A DNA stretch of 61,822 bases, counting the filler, from Basidioascus undulatus (lineage: Eukaryota): the NCBI GenBank assembly GCA_000826855.1. It is 6 parts of 6 records of this genome, joined end to end, with 100 filler letters (N's around TTAATTAATTAA, not from the genome) between each part and the next. Parts side by side here need not be neighbours in the genome. Positions count along the whole stretch, not along the records: positions 1 to 24,141 come from JTLS01000246.1; positions 24,242 to 27,515 come from JTLS01002466.1; 4 more parts are not named here. One strand, 5' to 3'. Shown here one piece after another: positions 12,855-25,265 of this stretch. Each line of letters starts with the position of its first letter. The stretch's first letter is position 1. Under the pieces are notes generated by a model. It worked only from the letters and a program-made list of their open reading frames with translations, ran no database searches and was not told the origin of the DNA. The position numbers and the translations under genes are program-made.

Positions 12855-15403
12855 ATGCAACCACAGCAGCAGCAGTACACTTTGCCCCCTATGCCCCCTT
12901 CGCCGCCGTCTACTTCCACCTCTCCGCGTCCGGCTCTGACGCGCACGACCACCGGCGTGTCAAACACTTCCACCCTCCACGACGTCGCGCTCGCCGACCT
13001 CGAGAAGGGCGACATGAAGGAGACGCTCGGCCTCGAGCTCGGGCTCAAGCGCACACTCTCGGCAGGCATCGTCAGCCTGAGTGGCGCCATGGCGCCGGCG
13101 CCTGGGTTGGGTAGAGGGTTGCCCGCCCCGGATGACGAGGAGGACAGGATAGAGGAGGAGGAGGTCGCGGAGAAGGATGCGCGGGATCCGTTTTGTGTGA
13201 GCTTCGGGGCAGAGGACAAGGACGATCCTCTGGTGAGTTCTCTCATCTCTCGGCTGGCTTTTTTAAAGTGTTCACATCTGTATTCATCTTTAACAGCAAT
13301 GGAGTGATGCGTTCCGCTGGTACTTAGTCTTTGCCACAGGACTGCTCGTCCTCAACGCCACGGTATGTTGCTCCCTCCGCCTTCGCCGTCGTTTGCCCTC
13401 GCTTGACAGCCAACGGTCCTCCAGTTCGCCTCTTCGGCGCCTTCAAGCAACACAATAACCTACATTCAGTATTTCAACATCAAACAGATCGTCGCCATCC
13501 TCCCCGTTTCTCTATTTGGTACGTCTTCTTCTGTCGGCCGCAGGTTTACGTCGACTGACACTGTCTACGCGCAGTTACTGGCTACGTCGTTGTGTGTTTT
13601 TCTTCGTTTCCACACCTCTCATTAAAAGCTTACATTGTCCCCCAATCAGGGACCACTCCTATGGGGGCCACTTTCGGAAACGTACGGACGCCGCATCGTC
13701 ATGCTCGTCGGCTTCTCCTTCTACACGTTCCTCAACCTCGGCTGCGCGTTCGCCCAAAACATCGAGACGCTCCTCATCTGCCGTTTTCTCTGCGGCATGT
13801 TCGCTTCCTCTGTCATTGTAGTGTGTGGAGGACTTTTGGCCGATATCGTAAGTGCTCAGAACAGTCCGTTTCTTTATGGCCGCCTCTCTGACCTCCACGT
13901 TTCCAGTGGGACCCCATCCGCCGCGGTGTCGCGATGAGCATCTTCGGCTTGACTCCCTTTTTGGGCCCAGCGCTTGCTCCTATGATCAGCGGGTTCCTTG
14001 TTGTAAAGGGAATCACCTGGCGCGCGCTGTACTGGCTCCTCACGGGTTTCGTACGTGCCGTCTTCCTTCCATCTTCCCCGCGTCCATGGCATTAACCGCA
14101 TTTTCTTCTACAGGCCTTCGTTTGTCTTCTCATGCTCATCTTTACTATGCCCGAAACGGTGAGGTATTCTAATGAGAGGATTGACGGAGCAAGCTTGCTG
14201 AACCCGCCGCCTACAGTACGCACCCGTACTACTCAAGCGCCGCGCCGAGCGGCTGCGGAAGGAGACGGGTGACTCGCGCTGGTACGCGCCGATCGAGCAG
14301 CACAAGCAGAAGACGGGCAAGCGCGTGCGCACGATCCTCGGCAGGCCGTTCATGATGCTCTTCCGTGAGCCCATGCTGGCGAGCATCACTGTGTACATGA
14401 GGTGCGAGACATTCAATGCCTGCCTTCCCACTGCATTTTCATCTCACACCCTCCGGTACGCAGTTTCGTTTATGGCGTCGCCTACTTGGTCAGTATCTTT
14501 GTGAACATCATTTTAGCTTGGGAAACAATGGTCTAATGTCCAGCGGGCCCTACAGCTCTTCTCCGCCATCCCCATCATCTTCGTGAAGGGCCACGGCTTC
14601 AACGCGGGCCAGTCTGGCGCGATGTTCCTCTTCCAATTCGCGGGTGGCGCAGTTTCCAATGGTCTTTACGTGTGGGGTACGTATTCCGCTGTCCCTCTAT
14701 CGTAGCCGAGGAGCTCACAGTCACTCGTGCAGTCTTCAACCCTCGCTACGCCCAGCGTGCAGCGGAGTATAAGCAGCGCGGCGAGCGCCCACCGCCTGAG
14801 CTCCGTCTCGAGGTTGGTCTCTACGGTGGGCCGCTGCTCGTCGGGGCGTTCTTCTGGCTTGGGTGCGTCCTCCATGCTGTTCGCAGTCGAGAGCGGCAGC
14901 CTGACCATCTCGCTGCCTTTCCAGCTGGACGAGCTTCCCGTCTATCCACTGGGTCGTTCCGGCGCTTTCGATTTTCCTTCTCGGATTTAGCATCAACTTC
15001 ATCTTCGTGCGTCTTAAATCTAGCTCTTAACGCTGCGAAATCGCTTCCCGAGTTGCAAAACTGACGTGGCCGCCTCACTTCAGCTCTCTTGCCTGAACTA
15101 CATCGTCGAGGTCTACCTCGTCTACGCGGCATCTGCACTTTCCGTCAACACCGTGTGTAGGAGTCTCGCTGGCGCCGGCTTCCCGCTGTTTGCCTCGCAG
15201 ATGTGTAAGTCCGAGGCACACCCAGCCACGCAGCCTGGTACGCAGACGCTGACTCTCCCAATACCTCAGACGACGCCCTCAACCCGCGCTGGGCGTCTAC
15301 CCTTCTCGGCTGCATCGCACTCCTCCTTGCGCCCCTGCCGTTCCTCTTCAACCGCTACGGCCACCTCCTCCGTGCGCGGTCAAAGTATACCCCGGGCATG
15401 TGA
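12855..15403 (+). CDS. MFS drug:H+ antiporter (DHA1 family), ~14 exons
   Basis: Motifs DP..W, GPLLWGPLSETYGRR, LLICRFLCGMF, PFLGPALAPMI, PETYAPVLLKRRAERLRKETG, LFREPM, PPELRL, NYIVEVY...ASALSVNTVCRSLAGAGFPLF. Confidence 0.92.
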
Positions 15404-16242
15404 GGATCGCAGCCCGGCTTCCCTCTTCTTTTCTGCCCCATCCCCGTGCACCTTCGTATTTTCATGCTTTCCTATCTGCATCTCGCGGACATTTCATTCA
15501 GTCTTTCACGCGTTACCCCTTCACCTCTACACCCCCACCGCCACTCCCACACCCCTAGACCGCATCACGTCTTGCTACGCCTATGACGCGCGCCATGATT
15601 CCACGCTATAACCTATTATCACCGCTATTCTTTTCATCTTGGGTCTCTGGCTGTGTTCGCATCTCGTCGCATTTGTGTCGCATCATGCATCTCGCATTTG
15701 TTGCCCATATCCGGTGGTCAAGGACGTGCTGCCTTACTGCTCAATATTGACTGTCTTCCCCAAGGTAATGGCACCGTAGCTGAGGAGTAAGTTACCATTT
15801 TTCTGAAGATTCCTGTGGGCACGCGGACTGCGTTGGCCCTGCAAGTGGACAGCACAACAGCATGCCGGGGCCGGACTCAAGGTGACTACTGCGACCGTTT
15901 TCTCCCACGTAAAGTTACGCCTTCTGGATATCTTATGTTGGGAACATCGATTCACCCCAAGGCATTGTGAAGATCCTGCAAGAGAAGGTGCGCAGATCCG
16001 CCGCTGAAAAAAAGTGAAAGTCACGAGGTCTCATTCGTGCTGTCGCGCCCACAACTGCAACGCGACGCGGTTGAGCTCTTTTCTACCGCCAAGTCCCGCC
16101 GATAGCGTGGACCTTGAACGGGAGTCGATGATGACCTCGTGGACGGCCCTTTGGCCGCACACTCCGAACATCTGCTTATTCGAACAACTCATCCAAGCTT
16201 CCTTTCTTGCCATCACCCACACCCGCACAGAATTCAGCTGCG

Positions 16243-18587
16243 ATGCGGTTCCCATCCGCCCTCGCTCTCCCGCTCCTCCTCCTCCCATCCACCTCGCTCG
16301 CCATCGTCCCCAAACCCCAGCGATGGCAGACGGGCAATAACACCCTCACGCTTTCTTCAAACTTTGAGCTCTCTTTCTCAACCGACCAACCTGTCCCTGC
16401 GTCGCTCAAGGCCGCCGCGGGCCGCACCGTTGTGTCCATCCAGCGGACGAGCCACCGGAGGCTCACTCCTGGGCTCGGCGAGGAAGACCGCGCGGCACTG
16501 TCGTCCGCCTCTCAACTGGAAGGCATTGACATTCAGATCCACACCAACTCCTCGGAGGTCCTCTCGCTCGAGGACGAGGTCGCTCTCCCGCTGGAGGAGC
16601 GCGAGGAGAGCTACGAACTCTTCATCCCGGCTGAGGGCGGCAGGGGCAAGCTCGTCGCGAAGAGCTCCCTTGGAGTCGTCTGGGGGTTGAGGTCTTTCGA
16701 GCAGCTCTGGTACTATCTGCCTGGCAAGGACGGCGAGGAGTGGGGAACGCGGTACTTGCTCGATGCGCCGGTGGAGATCGACGACGACTCAACTTTTCCT
16801 TATCGCGGGGTCATGCTCGACACCAGCCGCAGTGCGTTTTGAAGCCTTCTCCGCATGTTGAAGCTTCCGCTGAACATTACTCCTCCAGACTACTACGAAG
16901 TCGAATCCCTGGAGAAGCTCATCGACTCGCTGAGCTTTGTCAAGGTCTGTACGGTCTTCCTTAGACCCTTCTGTCAACGTCGACGAGGTCTTCTGACGAT
17001 GCCATTCCGATGCAGCTGAACTTCTTCCATTGGTCCTTCAATCCAGATATTCCCCTTTAACTGTTGATTGACTTGTGTGGTCTAGGCACATCACGGACCA
17101 GCACAGCTGGCCGTTCGTCGTCCCCTCCCTCCCGGAGCTGTCCGAGAAGGGCGCGTACGCCCCCTGGATGATCTACTCGCCTGAGGACGTCGCACACCTG
17201 CAGTCCTACGCGGCCGAGGTATGCTCGGTGTATACTTCTTTCCTTGTGCTTTCGCCCACGACTTTTACGTGCAGCGCGGCGTCACGCTTCTCGTGGAGAT
17301 CGACCTCCCAGGTCACACCGCATCCGTCGCGGAGGTTCGCCGATTTTCCTGCTGTTAGATCTTCAGGGGCCAATAGCTGATCATCGTTTGACTCGCTCGC
17401 AGTCGCACCCCGAGCTCGTAGTCTGCGCAGATGCGCGACCGTGGGCGAACTTCGCCGCTGAGCCGCCGGCGGGGCAGCTCAAGCTGGACGACCCTGCCGT
17501 TGAGGATTTTATTGCAAAGCTGTTGGACGACGTTCTCCCACGCCTGAAGTCTACTTACTTCGGGTGAGCCATCTCCCTGGTCACCCGCACTTGATCTCGT
17601 CCTCCGAAGACCGAAGATATCCACTAACACGATGCTCTGACGCAGCACCGGCGGTGACGAGCTCAACGCAGCCTGCTACAACTTGACCGCTGCCGAGCTC
17701 TCCCCCCCCGTGCAGCGCTTCCAGTCCCACCTGCAGCCCCTCCTCGCCGCGCATGACAAGCGCCCCCTAGTCTGGCACGAGCTCGCGACCGAGTACGGCT
17801 ACACGCTCCCGGACGGAGCGCTCGTCCAGGTGTGGGGCACGCCCGACATCGTCGGAGAGGTCCTCGAGAAGCAGCCGAAGGGTGTGAGCGTCGTCCACTC
17901 AAGCAGCGACTTTTTCTATCTGGACTGCGGCGCCGGCGGGTGGCTCGGCAATGCGAGTCAGCTGAACAGCTGGTGCGACCCGTACAAGGTGCGCTGTCCG
18001 GCTATTCCCCTTTGCGAAGATGTTGAGTGACCGGGTTGCACTGCAGAGCTGGCAAAGGGTGAGTGTGCTTTTTCAGGGTCCTTGATCGCCGCAAAAGGCT
18101 GACAGCCATCACCAGATCTACTCTTTCGACCCCTACGCGAACGTCTCCTCCACCGACCGCGCACGCATCGCGGGCGGCGAAGCGGCACTTTGGTCCGAGC
18201 AGGCAGACGCTCAGAACTTCGAGGCGCTCATCTGGTACGCCAGAATGACTGGAGCTCTCCCCACGCGCTCCCTTGATACCTTCAAGCTGACGCTGCGCGT
18301 CGTCCTTCCATGCAGGCCCCGCGCAGCAGCCCTGGCCGAGCTCTTCTGGACGCACCCGTTCGTTGAGGAGCGCACGGCCGAGGCGGACGGCACTCTCTAC
18401 CGGATGCATGATGTGCGGTACCGGCTTGTCCAGGTGCGTTTCACTCTACTGGTGCAGTTAGTGCTGCGCTATAGGATGCTGATGCTCTGGGTGACGCGGA
18501 TGGGATGAACAGCGCGGTATCACGGCAGCACCGCTCCAGCCGCTGTGGTGTGCGGTCCGTCCGGGCAAGTGCAACCTTGCTGATTAG
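16243..18587 (+). CDS. Secreted beta-N-acetylhexosaminidase (GH20)
   Basis: Signal peptide MRFPSALALPLLLLPSTSLA; FPYRGVMLDTSR; FHWHITDQHSWP; EIDLPGHT; catalytic GGDE; YLDCGAGGW; WCDPYKSWQ; ALWSEQ; WPRAAALAE; LQPLWC. Confidence 0.93.
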
Positions 18588-20394
18588 ATTTGCCTTTGAT
18601 CATGAACGTTCGAGGGGCGGTCGCTTTCGTTTAATTCGAGATGTTTGGGACATGGGCCCGGACTTTGTTGAGGACATCCGCAGAAACTTCGGAGTAGGCT
18701 GTTGTTTTCACATGCATTTTGGTTAACGCCCCTGATTTGAGCCACCTTCTTTTGCTCATTTACATAGCGACACTACAAAGACGAGCTCCATTTCTTCGCA
18801 AGCTCCAACGACGCGACACTCCCATGACTCCTCCTACATATCATTTGGGCGGTTCTTCCATACTCTCCTGGAAATCTGTAATATCCTGTAACAATGGAGA
18901 TAGAGAGCCACGTTTCATCTATTCAGGAACGCTGGTTAACGTTACAATCAGGAGGACACTCGGCTTTCGCACCTGCCGTTGTTGTGGTCCAGCGTTCATT
19001 TTTCATTTAATTCCTCGTTAAGTGCAGTACCATAAAAATAATATCAGAAGTCCATGAGGAGTGAAGCCTGAGGAGCAATGGCCCAGCGCACTGAACACTT
19101 TTTGGTTTCATACACCCATCGGTGACACTCGAGAGATGACAACCCATCATGACTGCTTGATTAGTATACCTTAGACCTACGCAAATGTTTAACGAGTGAA
19201 ATCATGAAAGACTCTGTACATTCGCAATCCGGCCGAATCAAATATACTTCACCGGCACCATCTCGCGGTCATCTCGGCCATCCCGCCCAACGAACCGCCT
19301 TACCATCCATTTCCTGTCCTCATCCCCTCTGAGAGACAAATCAACGCAAACTCACCATGCCTGCCATCTAGCTCCTGCAAAAGGTTCGCGATGTCACGTT
19401 CCCGATGGCTGTCCCATTCGAGCTCCTTGCTGGAAGCCCGGTATGCCAGTCACCTGGGCGGGGTATCCCATGAGGCACTTTCGCAGCCGACGTTCCGTGT
19501 AAGGCCTCAGAAAACAGGCCCATATCCAACATGCACTCTGTTCTGCGTGATTATTGTCCAGCGTTTGTTTATGTTCTGTTCAAAAAACAAAATGATAGGT
19601 CGCCCGATCACATAAGGCCCCGCACCGACGCCGCCGGAACCTCAGACGGACCAAGCATAGTCAAGGAAGTTCTAAAGGAAGCATTTCGACAGTTCAAAGC
19701 AATAGAGATGTGCTTCACAAGTTAGCAACAGCTGGGTGACAAGCAGCTGCATCATCCTCTGCTTTTCGCAATGGTATAGCAGGGGGGGCTGCAGATGAAA
19801 GATGAGAACCATGGGAAATCCACATAATTTCGGGACTCCGAAACCCTCAAAGATAGGTCACCGAAACGCCGGGAAGGATTGCGGAACTGCCACGGCTGCC
19901 ACGGCGATACACCGAGCTCCTCCGCTGCCTCGCCTCGCCTCGTTGCCTCTAATGTCGAGCTGTCCCCTTTCATCAATGACCATCCACCGGCAAGTTCACG
20001 TCGATCACTACCCCTTCGAACATTTCTTTGGAACAAGCGTGACTAAGCGCTCTCGTAGCACCAGCTGCACATTCTATGCTAGGCGAGCTTCCAGCTTTCC
20101 GGCACTCAGGTCAAGTCACGCCGCTCACCGTTGGTCCGTCGGAGCCGGAATATTTTTATCCCTCGACTTCTCAACGTGGCTATGTTCACAAATCTTTTAT
20201 TATGGATGAACCACACATGAGGTTCTGACTGACTGTTTGGGCGTTCTTGACGGGTGATGCTCCCATTGTGCGGCATGCACCAAATCCAATGTTTGTACCG
20301 CTTGCACGACTCATTGGCGCCGAGTTTCATGGCATGCCTATCATGACTCCGCTTCCTCGAGGCGCAATATGGGTTTGTACTGCCCTGCACAGCT

Positions 20395-21564
20395 TTGGTG
20401 GCGGTGCGAAAAATTAAAGAGCCTGAAAGGTCGCTTTGTCCTTCGCCACTCACGACTTCCCCATCTCTTGACCTTTATCTTGTTGTGCTCAACCGTCACA
20501 TTCTCGCATTTGCCCGTCCTCTCATCATGGCTATATATCCGCTGCACGATACCCCGTCCGGCCTGATTCAACTCGCACCCGGGCTAGGCGTGGACGACTC
20601 GCCCGAAATGCAGTGGCACATCTACAACCTCCGCATCGCGCCGAAATCGGACTCGCAATCCGCCCTCACGCACACCGATGCGGTTCGCTCAATTGAGCTC
20701 ATGGCCAACTGGCCGCTCAAGCGGCTGCACCTCAAGGTCACCGAGCTCGACTTTGGGCTGTTGACGCTTATCGGCCGGCGTATACCGCAGCTCGTCAAGC
20801 TCGAGCTCATCGGGGCGCGAGTCAAGGCCGTCCCCGCCTCGTCCCTCTCGCCGGAGCTCAGACCTTACCCCGGCTGGTGGCCGATGCACCCCTGGGCGAT
20901 ACAGGCGGGCTGGCAGCCTATCACGACCGCCTTCGCGTGGTACCAGGACGAGGCGTGCTCCTGGGTCCGCGCGACGCACACCGCCGCGGGGATTTCAACC
21001 TCGTCCGATCCGCACACACGTGCGCTTTGCGCTACCCTCCTCCGCGCATTCGAGCCTCTCTCATCTCTCGAAGACGTCTCGCTCAAGTTTGACCTCGACG
21101 TGCTCGCAGGCGACTCGGGCTGGCGCGCGCCCAGCAACGAACGCGCGCTCGAGGCCGTGGGGGCGCTCGCGATTGCTTGTCCCACGCTCAAGAAGGCGCG
21201 CACAGGAACAGGCGGGAGGAAAAGGATTTACACGATTACGCAGTTCAAGGCAGCGGACGGGAAGGCGTACGCGCACGTCGCGCTGGGCGACGGCGCCGTC
21301 TGGTGGCCCTGGCCGGCCGTGCAGCAGCCGAACTTCTGGCAGCCACCTCAGGCGCCTCATTCCTGGTACAACCACCGACCGACCCCCATTACGACTCCCG
21401 ATCACCTTAGTTGGCCAAGTGAATGGTTGCAATCGCCCACGGCAGGATCGACGGCGAGCGACGACGAGAGCACATTCTCGCCCGGCGCGAACGCCTTCTC
21501 CAGCGCTCAGACTGGGTGGTACCCCACTGCGCAGGGGACGTGGGCTCCTCGGTGGTTTGGATGA
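20395..21564 (+). CDS. Hypothetical protein (LRR-like; probable 3' remnant of an F-box-type gene whose 5' exons at ~19358-20390 are decayed)
   Basis: 389-aa open frame with GC3-rich codons and LxxLxL repeats (LKRLHLKV, LVKLELIG, LEDVSLKF). Upstream, MPAI*LLQ...MAVPFELL resembles a broken F-box start. Confidence 0.55.
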   Translation: MVAVRKIKEPERSLCPSPLTTSPSLDLYLVVLNRHILAFARPLIMAIYPLHDTPSGLIQLAPGLGVDDSPEMQWHIYNLRIAPKSDSQSALTHTDAVRSIELMANWPLKRLHLKVTELDFGLLTLIGRRIPQLVKLELIGARVKAVPASSLSPELRPYPGWWPMHPWAIQAGWQPITTAFAWYQDEACSWVRATHTAAGISTSSDPHTRALCATLLRAFEPLSSLEDVSLKFDLDVLAGDSGWRAPSNERALEAVGALAIACPTLKKARTGTGGRKRIYTITQFKAADGKAYAHVALGDGAVWWPWPAVQQPNFWQPPQAPHSWYNHRPTPITTPDHLSWPSEWLQSPTAGSTASDDESTFSPGANAFSSAQTGWYPTAQGTWAPRWFG

Positions 21565-21882
21565 GGTTCTTGGATGCGATGCATGTCGGCTAGGGGCTGC
21601 GGAAAGTATCGTAGGATTCATGGTGTGGTGATGCAGCGGAGTTTCAGTTGAAATACTTTTTTCGTATTGTCGAAAGTTGACATGTTGACATGTACTTGGA
21701 GTTGCGCACTGCGTGTCTATGGCATTCGAGAGTTCTCTTTCACCCCATTAAAGTATAGGTCCTAAACACCGTCTAAACAGTGAGGATTGAAGGGTGAGGT
21801 GCAAAAGGAAGAGTCTCGAAAGGGCAGTCTGGAGGTTTGGCTGCGTCGGACAGCTTGACAGTAACACCGGCCGACGTACAAA

Positions 21883-24141
21883 ATGACGATAACCTCTGAG
21901 CCTCAGTATGTTAGGAATGGAAATTTACGATTTGAAACAGCCTGGGTAGCGGGGCTGGGCAGCTGCTTCGAGCTCATGGCGGGGCCGTGCGCGATGGTGC
22001 CGTGTGGGTGCGGGGCTTGCCTTGCGCCGTTTCTGGCTAACGTTGAACAGGTACGTCCTCTCCTTCCTTCCACCAGTCGATGTGGTGCGTAGTCTGCCAG
22101 ACCGCTGATCGCGTGAGGAGGGTAATTCAGCCTGCTTGCCCATACTGCCGCCGCGCGTGCCTGCAGTCAGGCGCGTTTATGCCCAACCATGCTGCGCGTC
22201 CTCATCCGCTTCATGAACCCCTCTCAACCTCTTGTCGAACCCCTGGTGCCGCGACGCGCTGATGTCCTCCATTCATCAGCTCGAATCCATCATCCAGCAC
22301 ACCATCTCCGTCCTCTCGCGCGGCGTGCCCACGCTCGTCGACGTGCCCGACACCCTCCCTTCTCCGCCCCCCGGACCTTCCCCCAGCATCCCGAACGAGG
22401 ATGGGGCGCAAGAGGTCTCCTCGTCTACGCCTGCGAGGGACAAGGGCAAGGGGAAGGCGCGCGAGACGCAGGCGCCCCCGCCGACGAGGCAGGAGCTGCG
22501 CGTCGTTCCGACGGGGTGGGAGGAGGGCGGGGAGGAGAGTAACCGATGGAACGAGCGTAATGAGCAAGTCCAACCTTTCCGCATCGCCATGTCCCATCAG
22601 ACCAATTGCTGGCGTTGCTCAACCACCTTCACCTTAGCGCATGGGCCGCCCTCCTCCGCGACATCGAGTCGCACCGCGAGCGAGTAGGCGCCGACCCCGC
22701 GGGCGAAGGCCTCATCACGCTCCGCATGCTCCGCTCGCACGCCAAGCTGCCCCTCGACGGGCCTGGCCCAGCAGCCGGTCCCGCAGCGGGTCCCGCCGCA
22801 AGGCCCAATCTCGCCGCCGCGTTCGGACCCTTTAACAACCACCTGCGCGAGCAGCTCCGACGGATCGGGCAGCTCCGTGCGCGGGTCGTTGACGTCGAGC
22901 GGCGCGGGGCCATGGTCCAGGACTTCGAGGCAAGGATTGACGAGATGGTCGCGCGTGCTGCCGCTCGCCTCCGTGGGGACGTAGGCGCCCAGGCGCATGC
23001 GTTGCAGCAACGAGCGCTGGATGACGCGCGGGGCCATCTGGAGCGGCTGTGGCGCGATGTCGCCGGAGGACCCGGTGGCCCTGCGCTGCACGCGGCGCAG
23101 TTAGACTTTGTCGAGGCTTTACTAAGGCGCATGGAGCGCGTGCCGCGCGAGGGCGGCGAGACGGATGAGCAGCGTGCGGAGAGGGAGGCGCTCGCGGAAC
23201 GGCTCCGACTTCTCCGGGCGGAGCTGCGCCCTGAACGCCCGCCTCGCGAGGACGGGGGCGACGGCGACGGCCTGCTCGCGCAAGCGCGCCGCGAGGCGGA
23301 CCGCATCATGCGCGAGCTCGACGACCAGCCGGGGATGCAGCCGCGCGCGCGCAGGGAGCGCATGGAGCGCGTCCTCGAGCTCATCGGCCGGCTCGTCACG
23401 TTCCCCGGTCCGGGCGGGCCGAGGATGACGCCTGAGCTGCGGGCGGAGAGGGATGCGCTGCTGGGCAGGCTGAGGGCGCTGAGGGGACGGTTGGAGGGAC
23501 GGCAGCAGAGGGAGGAGGCGGGGGAGGTGGATGAACGGGGAAGGCAGGCGCAGGCCCAACCGCCGCCGCCGCCGCCGATCCGTGGTCGACCCTTGCGCTT
23601 CGGCCTCGGAGCGCCCCCTTTACTCCCTTTTGGCGCCCCTCGCGCCCCTCACGCGCCCGATGCCCCTCGCGCCCCTTCTGTCCCTCCCGGCCCTCATGCG
23701 CCTCGCGCCCCCGGTCGCGCTCCCGACCCCGCCCCCTATCCCCAAACGCCCGGTGTTCTCGACATTCTCCGGCAGGAAGTCGACGCGTACGACGACGCTG
23801 GCCGGGCCCTGCGCGTGGGATCGCGCGCGTGGAATGAGCGACTGGGCCGCGTCGACCATCTACTTGCGCGGCTGCAACCACCGCGCCCGCGAGGGGAGGA
23901 CGATGCGTACCGCCGCGGGAGGGAGGCGGTCGTGGAGCGCTTGGAACGCGTGCGGGGGCGGATGACCCAGGCGGAGGCCGAAGCGGAGGGGGAGGCGGGG
24001 GAGATCGAGGAGCCTCGGGAAGAAGAAGGAGGAGGCCGGGGGAGGTTCGGGGATGGCCTCTTGCAACGTGCCGCCCGCGCGGCTGCCACGAGACACGCCG
24101 AGGAAGCGGCGGAGAGGGAGAGGGAGAGGGAGAGGGAAAGG
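21883..24141 (+). CDS. RING-finger-like protein with damaged 5' exons and a long helical Arg/Glu/Pro-rich exon; truncated by the gap
   Basis: RING fragments CFELMAGPCAMVPC and PACPYCRR. Exon 22639-24141 is open for ~500 codons. The first Cys and the middle GH..C..C exon are not found. May be a pseudogene. Confidence 0.5.
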
Positions 24142-24241
24142 NNNNNNNNNNNNNNNNNNNNNNNNNNNNNNNNNNNNNNNNNNNNTTAATTAATTAANNN
24201 NNNNNNNNNNNNNNNNNNNNNNNNNNNNNNNNNNNNNNNNN
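24142..24241. other. Artificial contig spacer (44N + TTAATTAATTAA + 44N)
   Basis: Six-frame stop linker at 24186-24197, identical at all five gaps. Confidence 0.98.
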
Positions 24242-24259
24242 GTTCTCAATTTGATTATT

Positions 24260-25265
24260 TCATGCCCAGTCTTCACCGACGCGCATTTGATAGCGGTGAG
24301 ATGGGAGGGGCAGCGCTGAGAGCGGGACGGAGACGAGATTGTGCGTCGCTTTGTAGGACGCTAGGCGCAGGCGGGCGCGGAGGGTGCGGGAGACCTAGAG
24401 AGAAAAGGGGAAAGCGTCAGTGTGAGAATGGGGAGGTGAGCTTCGGAGGAGTGTGTGGGGGTGAGGAGGTAGGAAATTTGAGAGGGAAAAAAGGAGGGAG
24501 GACGCGTCCACGAAACTGTGTTTCAGCCCTTTCATTACGCGTCTCGCACGGGAAGGAATTGAGGATGAGGAATCCCCCAACCCATGCCTGCGCGCGGTGT
24601 CATAAAGCGCGTTCACGAATGCACATGAAATCGCATGAAAGCGCCTCAAGTGTGTGAAGCAGAGGAAAGATGGCGTGCCATCGCAGTCGCCGGCTTGGGT
24701 GCACCACCCATGCACCGCTCGGCCCCATACGTGGGAAGGTGCCCCGGAACGGGCTTCGACAGGCAAAGACGACCAGATTATTGTAGACTGTTCAAGAGGA
24801 TTATGTGTGATAGAGCCTCCATGGAAGGGGAGAGACGCCAGGGCGATCGAAACATCCCGCATTCGCATCGAGGACGCGATGCTCAATCGCGTCGTCGCGC
24901 TCGCACCTCCGTCGCACGGCGCGCTCCCCCAACGACCCCATCTGGACGCACAAACCATGGACCAAAGGAAGAAGAGGAGAAGAACTCACCTTTGAGACCT
25001 CACTTCTCGTCAAGACCGCCTGAATAGCGCGCCTCCGCTCCTGCTCCTCCAGCTCTTGCGGGCTGAGCCTCGGCGGCGGCGGGGGCGGTGGGGGCGCGTA
25101 GTACTGCTGCTGTTGCTGCTGATGGACACGGTGGTGGAACACCGGCTGCTGCTGCGACGGGGGCCGCTGGACCGCGTGCTGAGATGGGAGGAGGTGGTGC
25201 TGGTGGAGCGGGTGGTGCGCGTATGGCAGCCCGTTCGGCGGCGGGCGGTGCGGGGACGAGGACAT
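24260..25265 (-). CDS. Whi5/Nrm1-like G1/S transcriptional repressor (GTB motif), 2 exons, 595-nt intron
   Basis: Exon 1 (25265-24990) is His/Gln/Pro-rich and ends VLTRSEVSK. Exon 2 from 24394 reads VSRTLRARLRLASYKATHNL, matching the LxxRLxLAxxK GTB motif. The C-terminus near the contig end is less certain. Confidence 0.7.

Noticed and set aside
1724..18587. Secondary-metabolite cluster (LaeA-like methyltransferase plus MFS pump)
   Set aside because: No backbone synthase, and the intervening genes are housekeeping.
22629..23881. Antisense and alternate-frame ORFs over the RING 3' exon
   Set aside because: Arg/Ser/Pro-rich GC-bias artefacts with no domain signal.
24186..24197. TTAATTAATTAA palindromic element repeated five times
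   Set aside because: Artificial six-frame stop linker between N runs, not biological.
24395..24958. 187-aa ORF inside the Whi5-like intron as a nested gene
   Set aside because: GTG/TTG-type start, no codon bias or domain, and it ends at the acceptor TAG.
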